Assembly (NCBI GenBank): GCA_028819305.1
Contig: JAPPLY010000057.1
Location: 30,432 to 94,431 of the forward strand
Length of the DNA: 64,000 bases
Origin: Bdellovibrionales bacterium
GTDB lineage: Bacteria; Bdellovibrionota; Bdellovibrionia; Bdellovibrionales; UBA1609
Reading direction: 5' to 3'
Below the pieces are notes generated by a model. The model saw only the letters and a list, made by a program, of their open reading frames with translations, was not told where the DNA came from and searched no databases. Below, in pieces: positions 45,302-53,549 of the stretch (within the stretch, counting starts at the first letter, position 1; each line of letters opens with the position of its first letter). A program made the position numbers and the translations under genes.

Positions 45302-46876
45302 ATGAAAGTAAATAGAACTCACTTTTTTTCTTTTTTTTTAATGGCTCTTGTACTTTTTCCGGTGTTTGTTTTTTTGTTTAAAGTTCCTCTGTTACAGTTT
45401 CCTGCTTCTTCTGAGTGGTTTGAAGTTTTTATTTCTACTTTGCTGCAAGCGGGATTGAGCGCTTTTTTTTCTGTTTTGCTTGGGATCTTTGGTGCTTTAG
45501 GACTTTGTGCTTTTTCAAATATACCGAATCGGTATCGAAAAAAGAGGAATCTTCAGAGGCCCTCACTGCCTTTGGGAGAAAACAAAAAGACGCCCGGAAA
45601 GAGCAAAACAGATTGGAATAGTATAAAAAAGAAAGGGTTGGAGCTTTTCTGTCTTCTACCTGCTCTACTCCCTCCTTTGATTCCAGTTTTAGCCTGGATT
45701 AATGTATTTGAGTTTTTTTATCATTTTCCTTTTTCTTTTTATTCTGTTTTGGCGATTCATATATGTATGAATGTGGGTTTTACTTCGGTTTTCTTTTTTC
45801 GTTTGTTTCAAAATCAAACAGGTTCCCTCCCAGCATGGGCTTTTTTACATGGTGTAAGCCGCTTATATTTTTTAAAAAAGATATTATTTTTTGAGTTCAG
45901 AAAAGATATTATACTTATTTTCTTATTAATATTTTCTTTTTGTTTTACTAGTTTTTCCGTCCCTCTGCTTATAGGGGGAGTGAGTGGTCAAACTATGGAA
46001 GTATTTATTGCGGAAAAACTTAAAGACCCTGCTACCTGGCCGGAAGCGATGGCTTTATTTACTATAGAAACGGTATTTATTTTTATCTTTTTTATCTTAC
46101 TTTATGGGAGGGAAGAAAAAGAGGTGAGAATTGTAAAACAGACAGAGCCATTATATTTATTGCCCTGTCTGCCGTTTTTGATTTTACCGGTATTGCCTTC
46201 TTTGTTAATTTTTTTGGGGTTGGGGGATGTGTTTTCTTCAGAAGCCGTCTGGCGGGATTTATTTACTATTAAGGAGAGTGTGGCTATGGCTGTCATACAA
46301 ACTTTGTTTGTTGGTATAGGCACAGGGCTTTTAGTGCTTTTTTTATTAGCCTTTGTGGCTTTTTGCCTACGGGATCTTTTTTTGCGTCATTTTCTTGTGG
46401 CCTATTCTGGAGCTTCCGTGGCTTTTATGGGTTTTGCTTTTTTACTCATAGGTTCGGATGGTCCTATAACAGTAGGGATGAAGTGGTCTGTCGGTTTGGC
46501 TTTGCTTTTTTTACCAACTTTATATCGTTTAATGGGAGAGTCTCTTCTACGACGATTAAAAAATCAAATCCAACTGGCTGATCTTATGGGAGCTAGTAGA
46601 GGTTTAAGTTTTATTAAAGTTATCTGGCCTCAATGTGCTGGTGTTTTCTTTTTTCTTTCCGGTATAGCGGCTTTTTGGGCTTGTGGGGATTTTGCATATT
46701 CTTCTATTGTGGCAGGTGAACAAACGCATTTGGCACTACTTATTCAAGATCTATTTTCCTCTTATCGTTTTGAACTGGCTACAGTGCTGACTTGGTTTTT
46801 GATTTTGAGTGGCACTTTTTGTTTTTCTTTGTTTGCAGGAGGAGCTTTTGTCTTATATAAAAAATCTTATTTGTAA
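45302..46876 (+). CDS. thiP: Thiamine ABC transporter permease (duplicated two-module type)
   Basis: 524 aa, ~12 TM, between thiB and thiQ. Contains a short family E insertion. Confidence 0.7.
   Translation: MKVNRTHFFSFFLMALVLFPVFVFLFKVPLLQFPASSEWFEVFISTLLQAGLSAFFSVLLGIFGALGLCAFSNIPNRYRKKRNLQRPSLPLGENKKTPGKSKTDWNSIKKKGLELFCLLPALLPPLIPVLAWINVFEFFYHFPFSFYSVLAIHICMNVGFTSVFFFRLFQNQTGSLPAWAFLHGVSRLYFLKKILFFEFRKDIILIFLLIFSFCFTSFSVPLLIGGVSGQTMEVFIAEKLKDPATWPEAMALFTIETVFIFIFFILLYGREEKEVRIVKQTEPLYLLPCLPFLILPVLPSLLIFLGLGDVFSSEAVWRDLFTIKESVAMAVIQTLFVGIGTGLLVLFLLAFVAFCLRDLFLRHFLVAYSGASVAFMGFAFLLIGSDGPITVGMKWSVGLALLFLPTLYRLMGESLLRRLKNQIQLADLMGASRGLSFIKVIWPQCAGVFFFLSGIAAFWACGDFAYSSIVAGEQTHLALLIQDLFSSYRFELATVLTWFLILSGTFCFSLFAGGAFVLYKKSYL
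45521..45625 (+). repeat. Short family E element inside thiP, reading through in frame
   Basis: ataccgaatcggtatcgaaaaaag (compare gataccgaaccggtatagaaaag at 26124) ... gagcaaaacagattggaatagtataaaa. Translates to [35 protein letters not shown] between two TM helices. Boundaries are accurate to about 3 nt. Confidence 0.55.
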
Positions 46877-47495
46877 TCAAGGTGATTTCAAACTGGATAT
46901 TCCCTTTATGGAATGGCCGGATAAAGGAGTGAGTGTTTTAACAGGACCTTCCGGTTCGGGAAAAAGCACTTTGGCCCTGGCTTTATGTGGATTAAAAAAA
47001 GTGGAAAAAGGCTTTCAGTGGATTTTTAAAGATCAGGATATGGTTCTTCTTTCTCCTCCGGACAGGAATATTTCGTTGATGTTTCAAAGTTTAGAGCTTT
47101 TTCCTCATTTGAGTGCAGAACAAAATATTTTATTTCCCGCTCAAGCTCGAAAAATAGATAAGCAAGAAACACAAAAACGAATGTGTGTTTTACAGGAACA
47201 TTTGAAGCTTTTTTCTTTTTTAAAAAAGCCAGTGTTTATGCTCTCCGGTGGGGAAAAACAAAGGGTGGCTTTAGCCAGAGCTTTAATAGTAAAGCCTCGG
47301 TTTTTGATTTTAGATGAACCTTTTTCCTCCTTAGATGGGCAGTTACGAAAACAGGCAGCTACTTTAATTAAAAACATTTTGGAATGGGAAAAATGTCCTA
47401 CCCTTCTCATTTCCCATAGTGAAGAGGAGATAAAAACTTTAGCTCAAAAGATTTTTTATATTCATACAGGGAAGTTGCAATTGGCTGGAGTATAA
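46848..47495 (+). CDS. thiQ: Thiamine ABC transporter ATPase
   Basis: Walker [10 protein letters not shown], signature [15 protein letters not shown], Walker [13 protein letters not shown]. Short, with no C-terminal regulatory domain. I prefer the TTG at 46848, preceded by AGGAGG. The ORF track starts at 46809. Confidence 0.75.
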   Translation: MSYIKNLICNQGDFKLDIPFMEWPDKGVSVLTGPSGSGKSTLALALCGLKKVEKGFQWIFKDQDMVLLSPPDRNISLMFQSLELFPHLSAEQNILFPAQARKIDKQETQKRMCVLQEHLKLFSFLKKPVFMLSGGEKQRVALARALIVKPRFLILDEPFSSLDGQLRKQAATLIKNILEWEKCPTLLISHSEEEIKTLAQKIFYIHTGKLQLAGV

Positions 47496-47804
47496 ACTTC
47501 ACCCTTTCTTTATTTAAGCTCAAAGATAATGGGTTTTGCCTTTAGCACCTCTTCTGCTACGATTTTTTTACAAAAGAAATCAAGGCTGACTCTTGTAAAA
47601 ATCCCTCTTCGCATTTGGTGGCGTGGGTCCAAATAGGGATAAAGATTAAGAAAAAGAGAAGCTGTATTTTTAAAGGCATTATGTTTGTATATCTGATGTA
47701 AAGATGTTTTACTACTCTTGTTGTTGTTGTTGTAAATTTTACATTGCTTAATGTGGCAGTTTTTTTTTACGGAGACAAAAACTAACCATCCGGATTGATA
47801 TAAT

Positions 47805-49859
47805 ATGCGAAACAAAAACACTTTAGTTAAAAATTTTAAAAGAAAAAATACTTTATTCCTTCAGACTAAAAATAAACCAAAATATTCTGTGTCTGTAGAG
47901 AATGGCAAAGGAAAAAAGTGGGAGCTGGCCGATCCTAGAATAACCCGTCTGGCTTTGGTTTTAATGGATATGCAAGCGGGGCTGGGTGGGGCGGCCAGCC
48001 ACTGGGGAGGTCCCTCTGCTTTTGCCGAAATTGTATCCGCTCTTTATGCCGTAGTTTTTCGGTTGGCTAATAAGGAAGATCGCTCTTGGTATGATTTATT
48101 TCATTTAATCAATGATGCTGGTCACTGTGAAAACGGGCTTTACGCTATTAAAGCCAATTACGGTATGGGGGGCTTAAGTTTTAAAGATTTAAAAGGGTTC
48201 AGATCTATAGATAGTCCTTTGACAGGACATGGAGAAGCTCATCTTTTTCCGGAAGGGGTGTATTTAAGTAATGGCCCTTTAGGTTCCACTTTAGCACAGG
48301 CCCAAGGGCTTTGTATGGCAGATAGTCTGGCGGGGTTAAAGCGATCCACTCTTGTTTTAATGTCGGACGGAGCTTGCATGGAAGGAGAAGCAAAAGAGGC
48401 TTTTAATTCTATTCCGGGCTTTTTTCAAAAAAAGAAGATGAATCCTTTTATCGTAATCGTGAGTGATAACAATACGAAACTGAGTGGTCGCATAGATAAA
48501 GATAGTTTTTCTTTAAATCCTTTTTTTAAATCTTTGGAGACACTGGGTTGGAAGTATGTAGAGCTTTCCTCTGCCCATGATTTAAAAAGTTGTGTAAATA
48601 CTTTAGAAGAAGTATTGACTTGTTCTTTTTCTACTTTGAAAGCCTGTCCTATTTTTATTCATGCAAAAACTATTAAAGGTTATGGTGTGGAGGCTACACA
48701 AATAGCCCCGCACGGAGGGCATGGTTTTCCACTTAAAAATACGGAAAAGCTTTTGGGTTTTTTAGAGGAAATTTATGGTCATCAGGATATACCGACTGAG
48801 TTTTTAGATTGGGCTAAGGAATTAAATCAGAAGAGTCAGGAATTAAGTGAGAAAAAATCTATGGGTTCAGGTGCGAAAAAAGTAAAAGTGCAAGAGGGGA
48901 TTGGGCGGGCCATGATTCATTGTCGGGAGACAAAATCTTTGCCGGTAGTATCGGTGAGTGCGGACCTTCAGGGTTCTACGGGAGTCCTTCCTTTTAGAAA
49001 AAAGTTTCCTGATTTTTCTTTTGATGTGGGAGTGGCAGAGGCCAATATGGTGTCTCTGGCGGCCGGGTTTTCCAAACAGGGTTTTATTCCCGTGGTGGAT
49101 ACTTTTACTCAATTTGGAGTGACCAAGGGGGCTCTTCCTTTGTTTATGGCTAATTTGTCGCAGGCTCCGGTGATAGCTGTTTTTTCCCATGCCGGATTTC
49201 AAGATGCTGCCGACGGAGCCTCTCACCAGTGCCTCACCTATCTGGCTAAAACCTGTGCTCTTCCTATGACAGATGTTTATTGTCTCTCTTCCAGTGAAGA
49301 GGCTTTTTCTTTAATGAGCCAGGCTATAGAGTCTTTTTCTCAAGCTTATAAAGAGGGAAAAATCCCCAGAACAAAAATCTTCTTTTTAGGGAGAGAAACT
49401 TTTCCTCCTACTTATTTGCCTGAAGATTATTCCTATAAACTAGGGAAAGCGCAAATAGTTTATTCTCAGTTAGGAGAGCAAAAAAAAGCTCTAACATTAT
49501 GGGCGGCGGGGCCTTTGTTGGAACAGACTTTGAGGGCGGGCCAGATTCTTTTTGAAAAAGGTTGGAAAATTATAGTGGTGCATGCTTCTATTATTAATGA
49601 CCCCGATATGGAAACCCTTCTTTCTTGTTTGGAGAAAACCCATTTTCGTTTGTTGACTATAGAGGATCACCGTTTACCAGGAGGCATGGGTTCTTTAGTG
49701 GCACAGGCCTTGGCAATGAAAGGGGTGTCCGTGGATATGCACTCTTTAGCTGTAAAGGCGGATTTTGGCCGAAGCGCTTATAAGTCTTCTCAGTTATATA
49801 AAAAGGAAAAACTAATGGCGGAAGATATCGTGAAAGCAGCTTTGTCCAAATGGTCTTAG
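47805..49859 (+). CDS. Transketolase-family thiamine-diphosphate enzyme (divergent)
   Basis: 684 aa with three-domain TK layout. ThDP motif region LVLMSDGACMEGEAKEAFNSI...IVIVSDNNTKLSG (GDG...EG...N pattern with GDG changed to SDG). AASHWGGPSAF stands in place of the SGH.G block. Confidence 0.6.
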   Translation: MRNKNTLVKNFKRKNTLFLQTKNKPKYSVSVENGKGKKWELADPRITRLALVLMDMQAGLGGAASHWGGPSAFAEIVSALYAVVFRLANKEDRSWYDLFHLINDAGHCENGLYAIKANYGMGGLSFKDLKGFRSIDSPLTGHGEAHLFPEGVYLSNGPLGSTLAQAQGLCMADSLAGLKRSTLVLMSDGACMEGEAKEAFNSIPGFFQKKKMNPFIVIVSDNNTKLSGRIDKDSFSLNPFFKSLETLGWKYVELSSAHDLKSCVNTLEEVLTCSFSTLKACPIFIHAKTIKGYGVEATQIAPHGGHGFPLKNTEKLLGFLEEIYGHQDIPTEFLDWAKELNQKSQELSEKKSMGSGAKKVKVQEGIGRAMIHCRETKSLPVVSVSADLQGSTGVLPFRKKFPDFSFDVGVAEANMVSLAAGFSKQGFIPVVDTFTQFGVTKGALPLFMANLSQAPVIAVFSHAGFQDAADGASHQCLTYLAKTCALPMTDVYCLSSSEEAFSLMSQAIESFSQAYKEGKIPRTKIFFLGRETFPPTYLPEDYSYKLGKAQIVYSQLGEQKKALTLWAAGPLLEQTLRAGQILFEKGWKIIVVHASIINDPDMETLLSCLEKTHFRLLTIEDHRLPGGMGSLVAQALAMKGVSVDMHSLAVKADFGRSAYKSSQLYKKEKLMAEDIVKAALSKWS

Positions 49860-49892
49860 ATTGTATTTGTGCCTTTTTTTCTATAGAAAATT

Positions 49893-50126
49893 TTATTTTG
49901 TTTTTTCGGAGGGGGTGGAAGAGGAAGGGGCTTGAGGATTTGTGCTGTTTTCTGTAGAGGAAAGAGTTTGATTATTTTCCGACGTATCTGGTTTTTCTTC
50001 CAAACCTTTTTTAAAGTCTCTTAAGGCTTCCCCTAAGGATTTTCCGAACTCCCGGATTCTTTTATGGCCGAAGAGGAGAAGAAAAATGCCAAGGATGATT
50101 AAAATCTGCCAAAGTGATGGATACAT
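49893..50126 (-). CDS. tatA: Twin-arginine translocase subunit TatA/E
   Basis: WQILIILGIFLLLFGHKRIREFGKSLGEALRDFKKGLEE is the canonical TatA TM plus amphipathic helix. Confidence 0.9.
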   Translation of the reverse strand: MYPSLWQILIILGIFLLLFGHKRIREFGKSLGEALRDFKKGLEEKPDTSENNQTLSSTENSTNPQAPSSSTPSEKTK

Positions 50127-50249
50127 GTTTATTCCTCCTGTTTTCTTTTCTTATAAGCGAAGTAAGAGATCAAAGCAATATTTTTATTTAGGATCCCTTT
50201 TTTAAAAGATGCGGTTATATTTTATGCTTAGTTTTTCTTTATATGGTTT

Positions 50250-52217
50250 TTAATAATTAGTAATGAGGACTTCTTTTAGCTTCTTTTTCTTATTATTATA
50301 ATAGTTGATATAATTGCTCTCTATTTTATGAACACTGTATTTTTTCATCCACTTAATTAATGAGCTATTTTTGTGTCCGTTATAATGAGTGACATTTGAA
50401 AAAGCAAACCTAACATTTTTTTTGTTTAAATCATCTATTAAAGATAGTAGATCAACCTCTAGTTTGTCATTCCAAAGTTTATTGTATTCACTACCTGTTA
50501 TTAAATAAGGGGGATCTAGATAAATAAAGTCATCTTTTAGATAATTTTTTTTGTTTAAAAATTTTTTAAAATTTTTTGTTGTGAGCTTTATATTTTTACC
50601 TTGAACAAAAGAAAAGTAATCGTTAAGAGCCTTAACGACATTTTTGTTAAAATCCACATTACCTACAGGTAAATTAAATTTCCCCCCGCCATTGAATCTA
50701 AGCATTCTGTTAAAGCCATATATAAGTAAAACATAAAGAATCAAAGGATCATTTTCTTTATGTTTATTAGCTTGTTTACGTAATTTTTCATAACCAACTT
50801 TATTAAATTGAGCATAGTAGGTTTTTTTAAAAGATTTTTTTAAAGAATCCGGAACAATATCTTTTTTATAGGAGTGGGAAAGATTATATTTGTGTATAAT
50901 CTTTTCAATATTCTTAAAAAAGTTCTTTTGATGGGAAGCACTGTTTATTAAGAATTTATGTATATTTATTAGATTTTTATCTATGTCGTTTAAAAAATAT
51001 TTTTTAGCTTGAATATTTAAAAAAACAGTTCCTCCTCCTACGAAAGGTTCATAAAAATGATTTATTTGTTTAGGAAATAAATCATTTAACTGATTCATTA
51101 ATTTATATTTATCTCCCACATAAAATAGAGGAGATCTTTTTATTTTTCTTTTATTTTCTACTTTGGTTATAAATAAATACTCTTTGTGATTATTAAAATG
51201 GGTGTTTCCGGCATTAAAGTAGCGATAGTCTTTTTCAAAAGTTTTGGTCTTTCCTCTTTGATTTAATATATCTGTTATTTCTTCTAATGAAATTTTATTT
51301 TGGGATGAACTGCTTTTAGAAAGATAAGTATTGTTATAAGACACCACCAGATGTTTTGTTTTTATATTCTTAATTAATTCAGAAAACCGGTCTTTAGCAC
51401 TTTCTTTACAATAGTCGCTCATGTTTTCTCTCTTTGGTTTTAAAGCCACTCCATATAGCTTGGGATGATCCCATTTTGTGAGAGTTTCCAAAATATGATA
51501 AAACCGGCTGTACTGTCTGGAATTATAAGGAGGATCAATATAAACAATATCGGCTTTAATTTTTTTAACTAAGGTATTTGTGTCTTCTCTAAAAATAGAA
51601 AGAGATTTTATGTCAATAGGTTGAATTAAGCTCATATAAAAATTGTCTCTGATAAAATTTTTTTTAAAGTAAGCGTCGTAGTGTCCGACTGTGTTGGCAA
51701 TTTTGTCTGTAGAATAAAGAAGGGAAGCTATTAAAATGTGGTATTCCTTCTCTGTAAAATCTTTTTTATTATCTTCGATGTGTTGTCTGATAAATCCAAT
51801 GATTTTTGCAGAATCTTTAGAGAAATATTTTTTTCCAAAGTTTTTGGAAAAATAATTGCCGGTTAAATTTTTAACATTGATATTATTATAGTGATTTATA
51901 ACAGAGTTTAGGTTGTTTTGATTCCAATGTCCTTTTTTAAAAAAAGCCTTATAAATAATATAATTGGAATAAAGAAAGTCATTTAAAATAATTTTATTAA
52001 AATATTTACTGGCTGTAGCTCCCACAATACCTGTGCCGGCAAAAATGTCGGCAAAGGAATCCCCTGAGCATTCTCTATTAAGGGTAGAAAAAATCCAATT
52101 TGCTAATCTATATTTATTACCAATGTATCTGCGGTTTTGTAGTTGAAAAAATGGATTTGGTGGAAAGGAAAAAAAATCATTAGACTTTTGATTAAAAAAG
52201 CTTTTTTGTATTTCCAT
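50250..52217 (-). CDS. Tandem double-domain N6-adenine DNA methyltransferase (two D12/Dam-class modules, M.FokI-like architecture)
   Basis: Module 1: RRYIGNKYRL, FADIFAGTGIVG, IVYIDPPYNSRQYSRFYHILE. Module 2: PLFYVGDKYKLMNQL, FYEPFVGGGTVF, FIYLDPPYLITGSEYN, C-terminal EVLITNY. Each module has an F.G.G SAM loop and a DPPY motif. Confidence 0.85.
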   Translation of the reverse strand: MEIQKSFFNQKSNDFFSFPPNPFFQLQNRRYIGNKYRLANWIFSTLNRECSGDSFADIFAGTGIVGATASKYFNKIILNDFLYSNYIIYKAFFKKGHWNQNNLNSVINHYNNINVKNLTGNYFSKNFGKKYFSKDSAKIIGFIRQHIEDNKKDFTEKEYHILIASLLYSTDKIANTVGHYDAYFKKNFIRDNFYMSLIQPIDIKSLSIFREDTNTLVKKIKADIVYIDPPYNSRQYSRFYHILETLTKWDHPKLYGVALKPKRENMSDYCKESAKDRFSELIKNIKTKHLVVSYNNTYLSKSSSSQNKISLEEITDILNQRGKTKTFEKDYRYFNAGNTHFNNHKEYLFITKVENKRKIKRSPLFYVGDKYKLMNQLNDLFPKQINHFYEPFVGGGTVFLNIQAKKYFLNDIDKNLINIHKFLINSASHQKNFFKNIEKIIHKYNLSHSYKKDIVPDSLKKSFKKTYYAQFNKVGYEKLRKQANKHKENDPLILYVLLIYGFNRMLRFNGGGKFNLPVGNVDFNKNVVKALNDYFSFVQGKNIKLTTKNFKKFLNKKNYLKDDFIYLDPPYLITGSEYNKLWNDKLEVDLLSLIDDLNKKNVRFAFSNVTHYNGHKNSSLIKWMKKYSVHKIESNYINYYNNKKKKLKEVLITNY

Positions 52218-52422
52218 AATTATTAATTTAGTCTCGTTTAAAATTACTTTTTCTCTTGATTTGAGAATAAAATTTTTATCTAAATTATTAGATAATTAAG
52301 CTTATTAGATTTAAACAATAAATCATTAACACTGAGTGATATGTAAAATTGTATCTGAATATTTAAAGAGATAAAATAATGCACCGCTTATCAGACGAAA
52401 GGGCAGCTTTTTTTAAAGCATA

Positions 52423-53511
52423 TTAAAATTTTCCCAATTTAATAGAAAGAATTTTTTTAATCAAACTAGAAGGGTTTTTCTTTTGTAGGTTTTTAATGGG
52501 TACCCATGAGACCTTTGGCAAAGATGAGGAAGGTGCTTTTTTAGATACTAGAACATAAATAACATGATGAGTGATGGAATGTATAAAGTCATATCGTTTG
52601 GGGGGGACTTTCTTTCTAATAGCTTTTCCAGGAAAGAGGGGGTAGTTTTTTAGTACCGGTAAAGAGTGATGATGAGTTAAGGCTATTTTATTTTTTTTTA
52701 TATCCATCCGATTTGGATTTTTTAGGGGTGTCTTTTTTTCTTCCAAGGGCAAGCGGAGTTTGGAGGGTGTAAATTTCTGACTGGTTCGGTCTATTAACAC
52801 GAGGGGTTGCCAGAACCATATTTCTTTTTCCTTTTTTTCTTTTTTCAAGGGGATAAAATGTACTTGATTATGTTTAAGAGCTTTGCAGTTTTTTTTAAGA
52901 GGGCAGGCTGTGCATAGCGGTTTCCCGACTGTGCAAACAAGGGCTCCTAACTCCATTAAGGCTTGATTTAAAATGGAAGAAGGGTATTTTACCATCCACT
53001 GATCCACCTCCTTTTGTAAAATCTCTCTGCCTTGTTTGTTCCACCAGGGTTTTTTAAAATTAAGATAACGGGTGAGGACCCGAATGACATTGGCATCCAG
53101 CACTCCTGTTTTTTCATTAAAAGCTAAAGCGCTCACAGCTCTGGCGGTGTAGGGACCAAACCCGGGTAGTTTTAATAATTCTTGATGAGTTCGGGGGAAA
53201 GATTTTTTCTTACTAATGATTTGTGCGGACTTATGGAGATTTTTTACTCGGGAATAGTAACCCAGGCCAGCCCAGTAAGGGATAACTTCTTCCAGGGGAG
53301 TTTTAGCTAAAGATTCCAAAGTTTTAAATTTTTTAATAAATTTTTTGTAGTAGGGGATCACCGTGTTTACAGTCGTTTGTTGCAACATTACTTCCGATAC
53401 CCAGATAGGGTAAGGGTTTTTCTTTTTTTTTCTCCAAGGGAGAGGTCTTTTGTTTTGCCTATACCATTTAATAAGTTGATTTTGACTGGTTTGATGTGGA
53501 TTGTCTGACAT
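52423..53511 (-). CDS. mutY: A/G-specific adenine glycosylase MutY
   Basis: LIKWYRQNKRPLPWR, YPIWVSEVMLQQTTV, LPGFGPYTARAV, 4Fe-4S CTVGKPLCTACPLKKNC, C-terminal MutT-like domain. Confidence 0.9.
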   Translation of the reverse strand: MSDNPHQTSQNQLIKWYRQNKRPLPWRKKKKNPYPIWVSEVMLQQTTVNTVIPYYKKFIKKFKTLESLAKTPLEEVIPYWAGLGYYSRVKNLHKSAQIISKKKSFPRTHQELLKLPGFGPYTARAVSALAFNEKTGVLDANVIRVLTRYLNFKKPWWNKQGREILQKEVDQWMVKYPSSILNQALMELGALVCTVGKPLCTACPLKKNCKALKHNQVHFIPLKKEKKEKEIWFWQPLVLIDRTSQKFTPSKLRLPLEEKKTPLKNPNRMDIKKNKIALTHHHSLPVLKNYPLFPGKAIRKKVPPKRYDFIHSITHHVIYVLVSKKAPSSSLPKVSWVPIKNLQKKNPSSLIKKILSIKLGKF

Positions 53512-53549
53512 GTTTTTTATTTCTCAATGTGAGTATTACAATAAAAGTT

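Noticed and set aside
47510-47821. 103-aa minus-strand ORF containing a (TTG)5 / poly-Asn run
   Set aside because: It lies in an AT-rich intergenic spacer, has low-complexity sequence and no RBS, and overlaps the start of the transketolase-like gene.
50127-52422. Target-site duplications flanking the methyltransferase islet
   Set aside because: Only a weak resemblance is visible (tcaaagcaatattttta at ~50181 versus ttaaagcatattaaaat at ~52407), which is not distinguishable from chance in AT-rich DNA.
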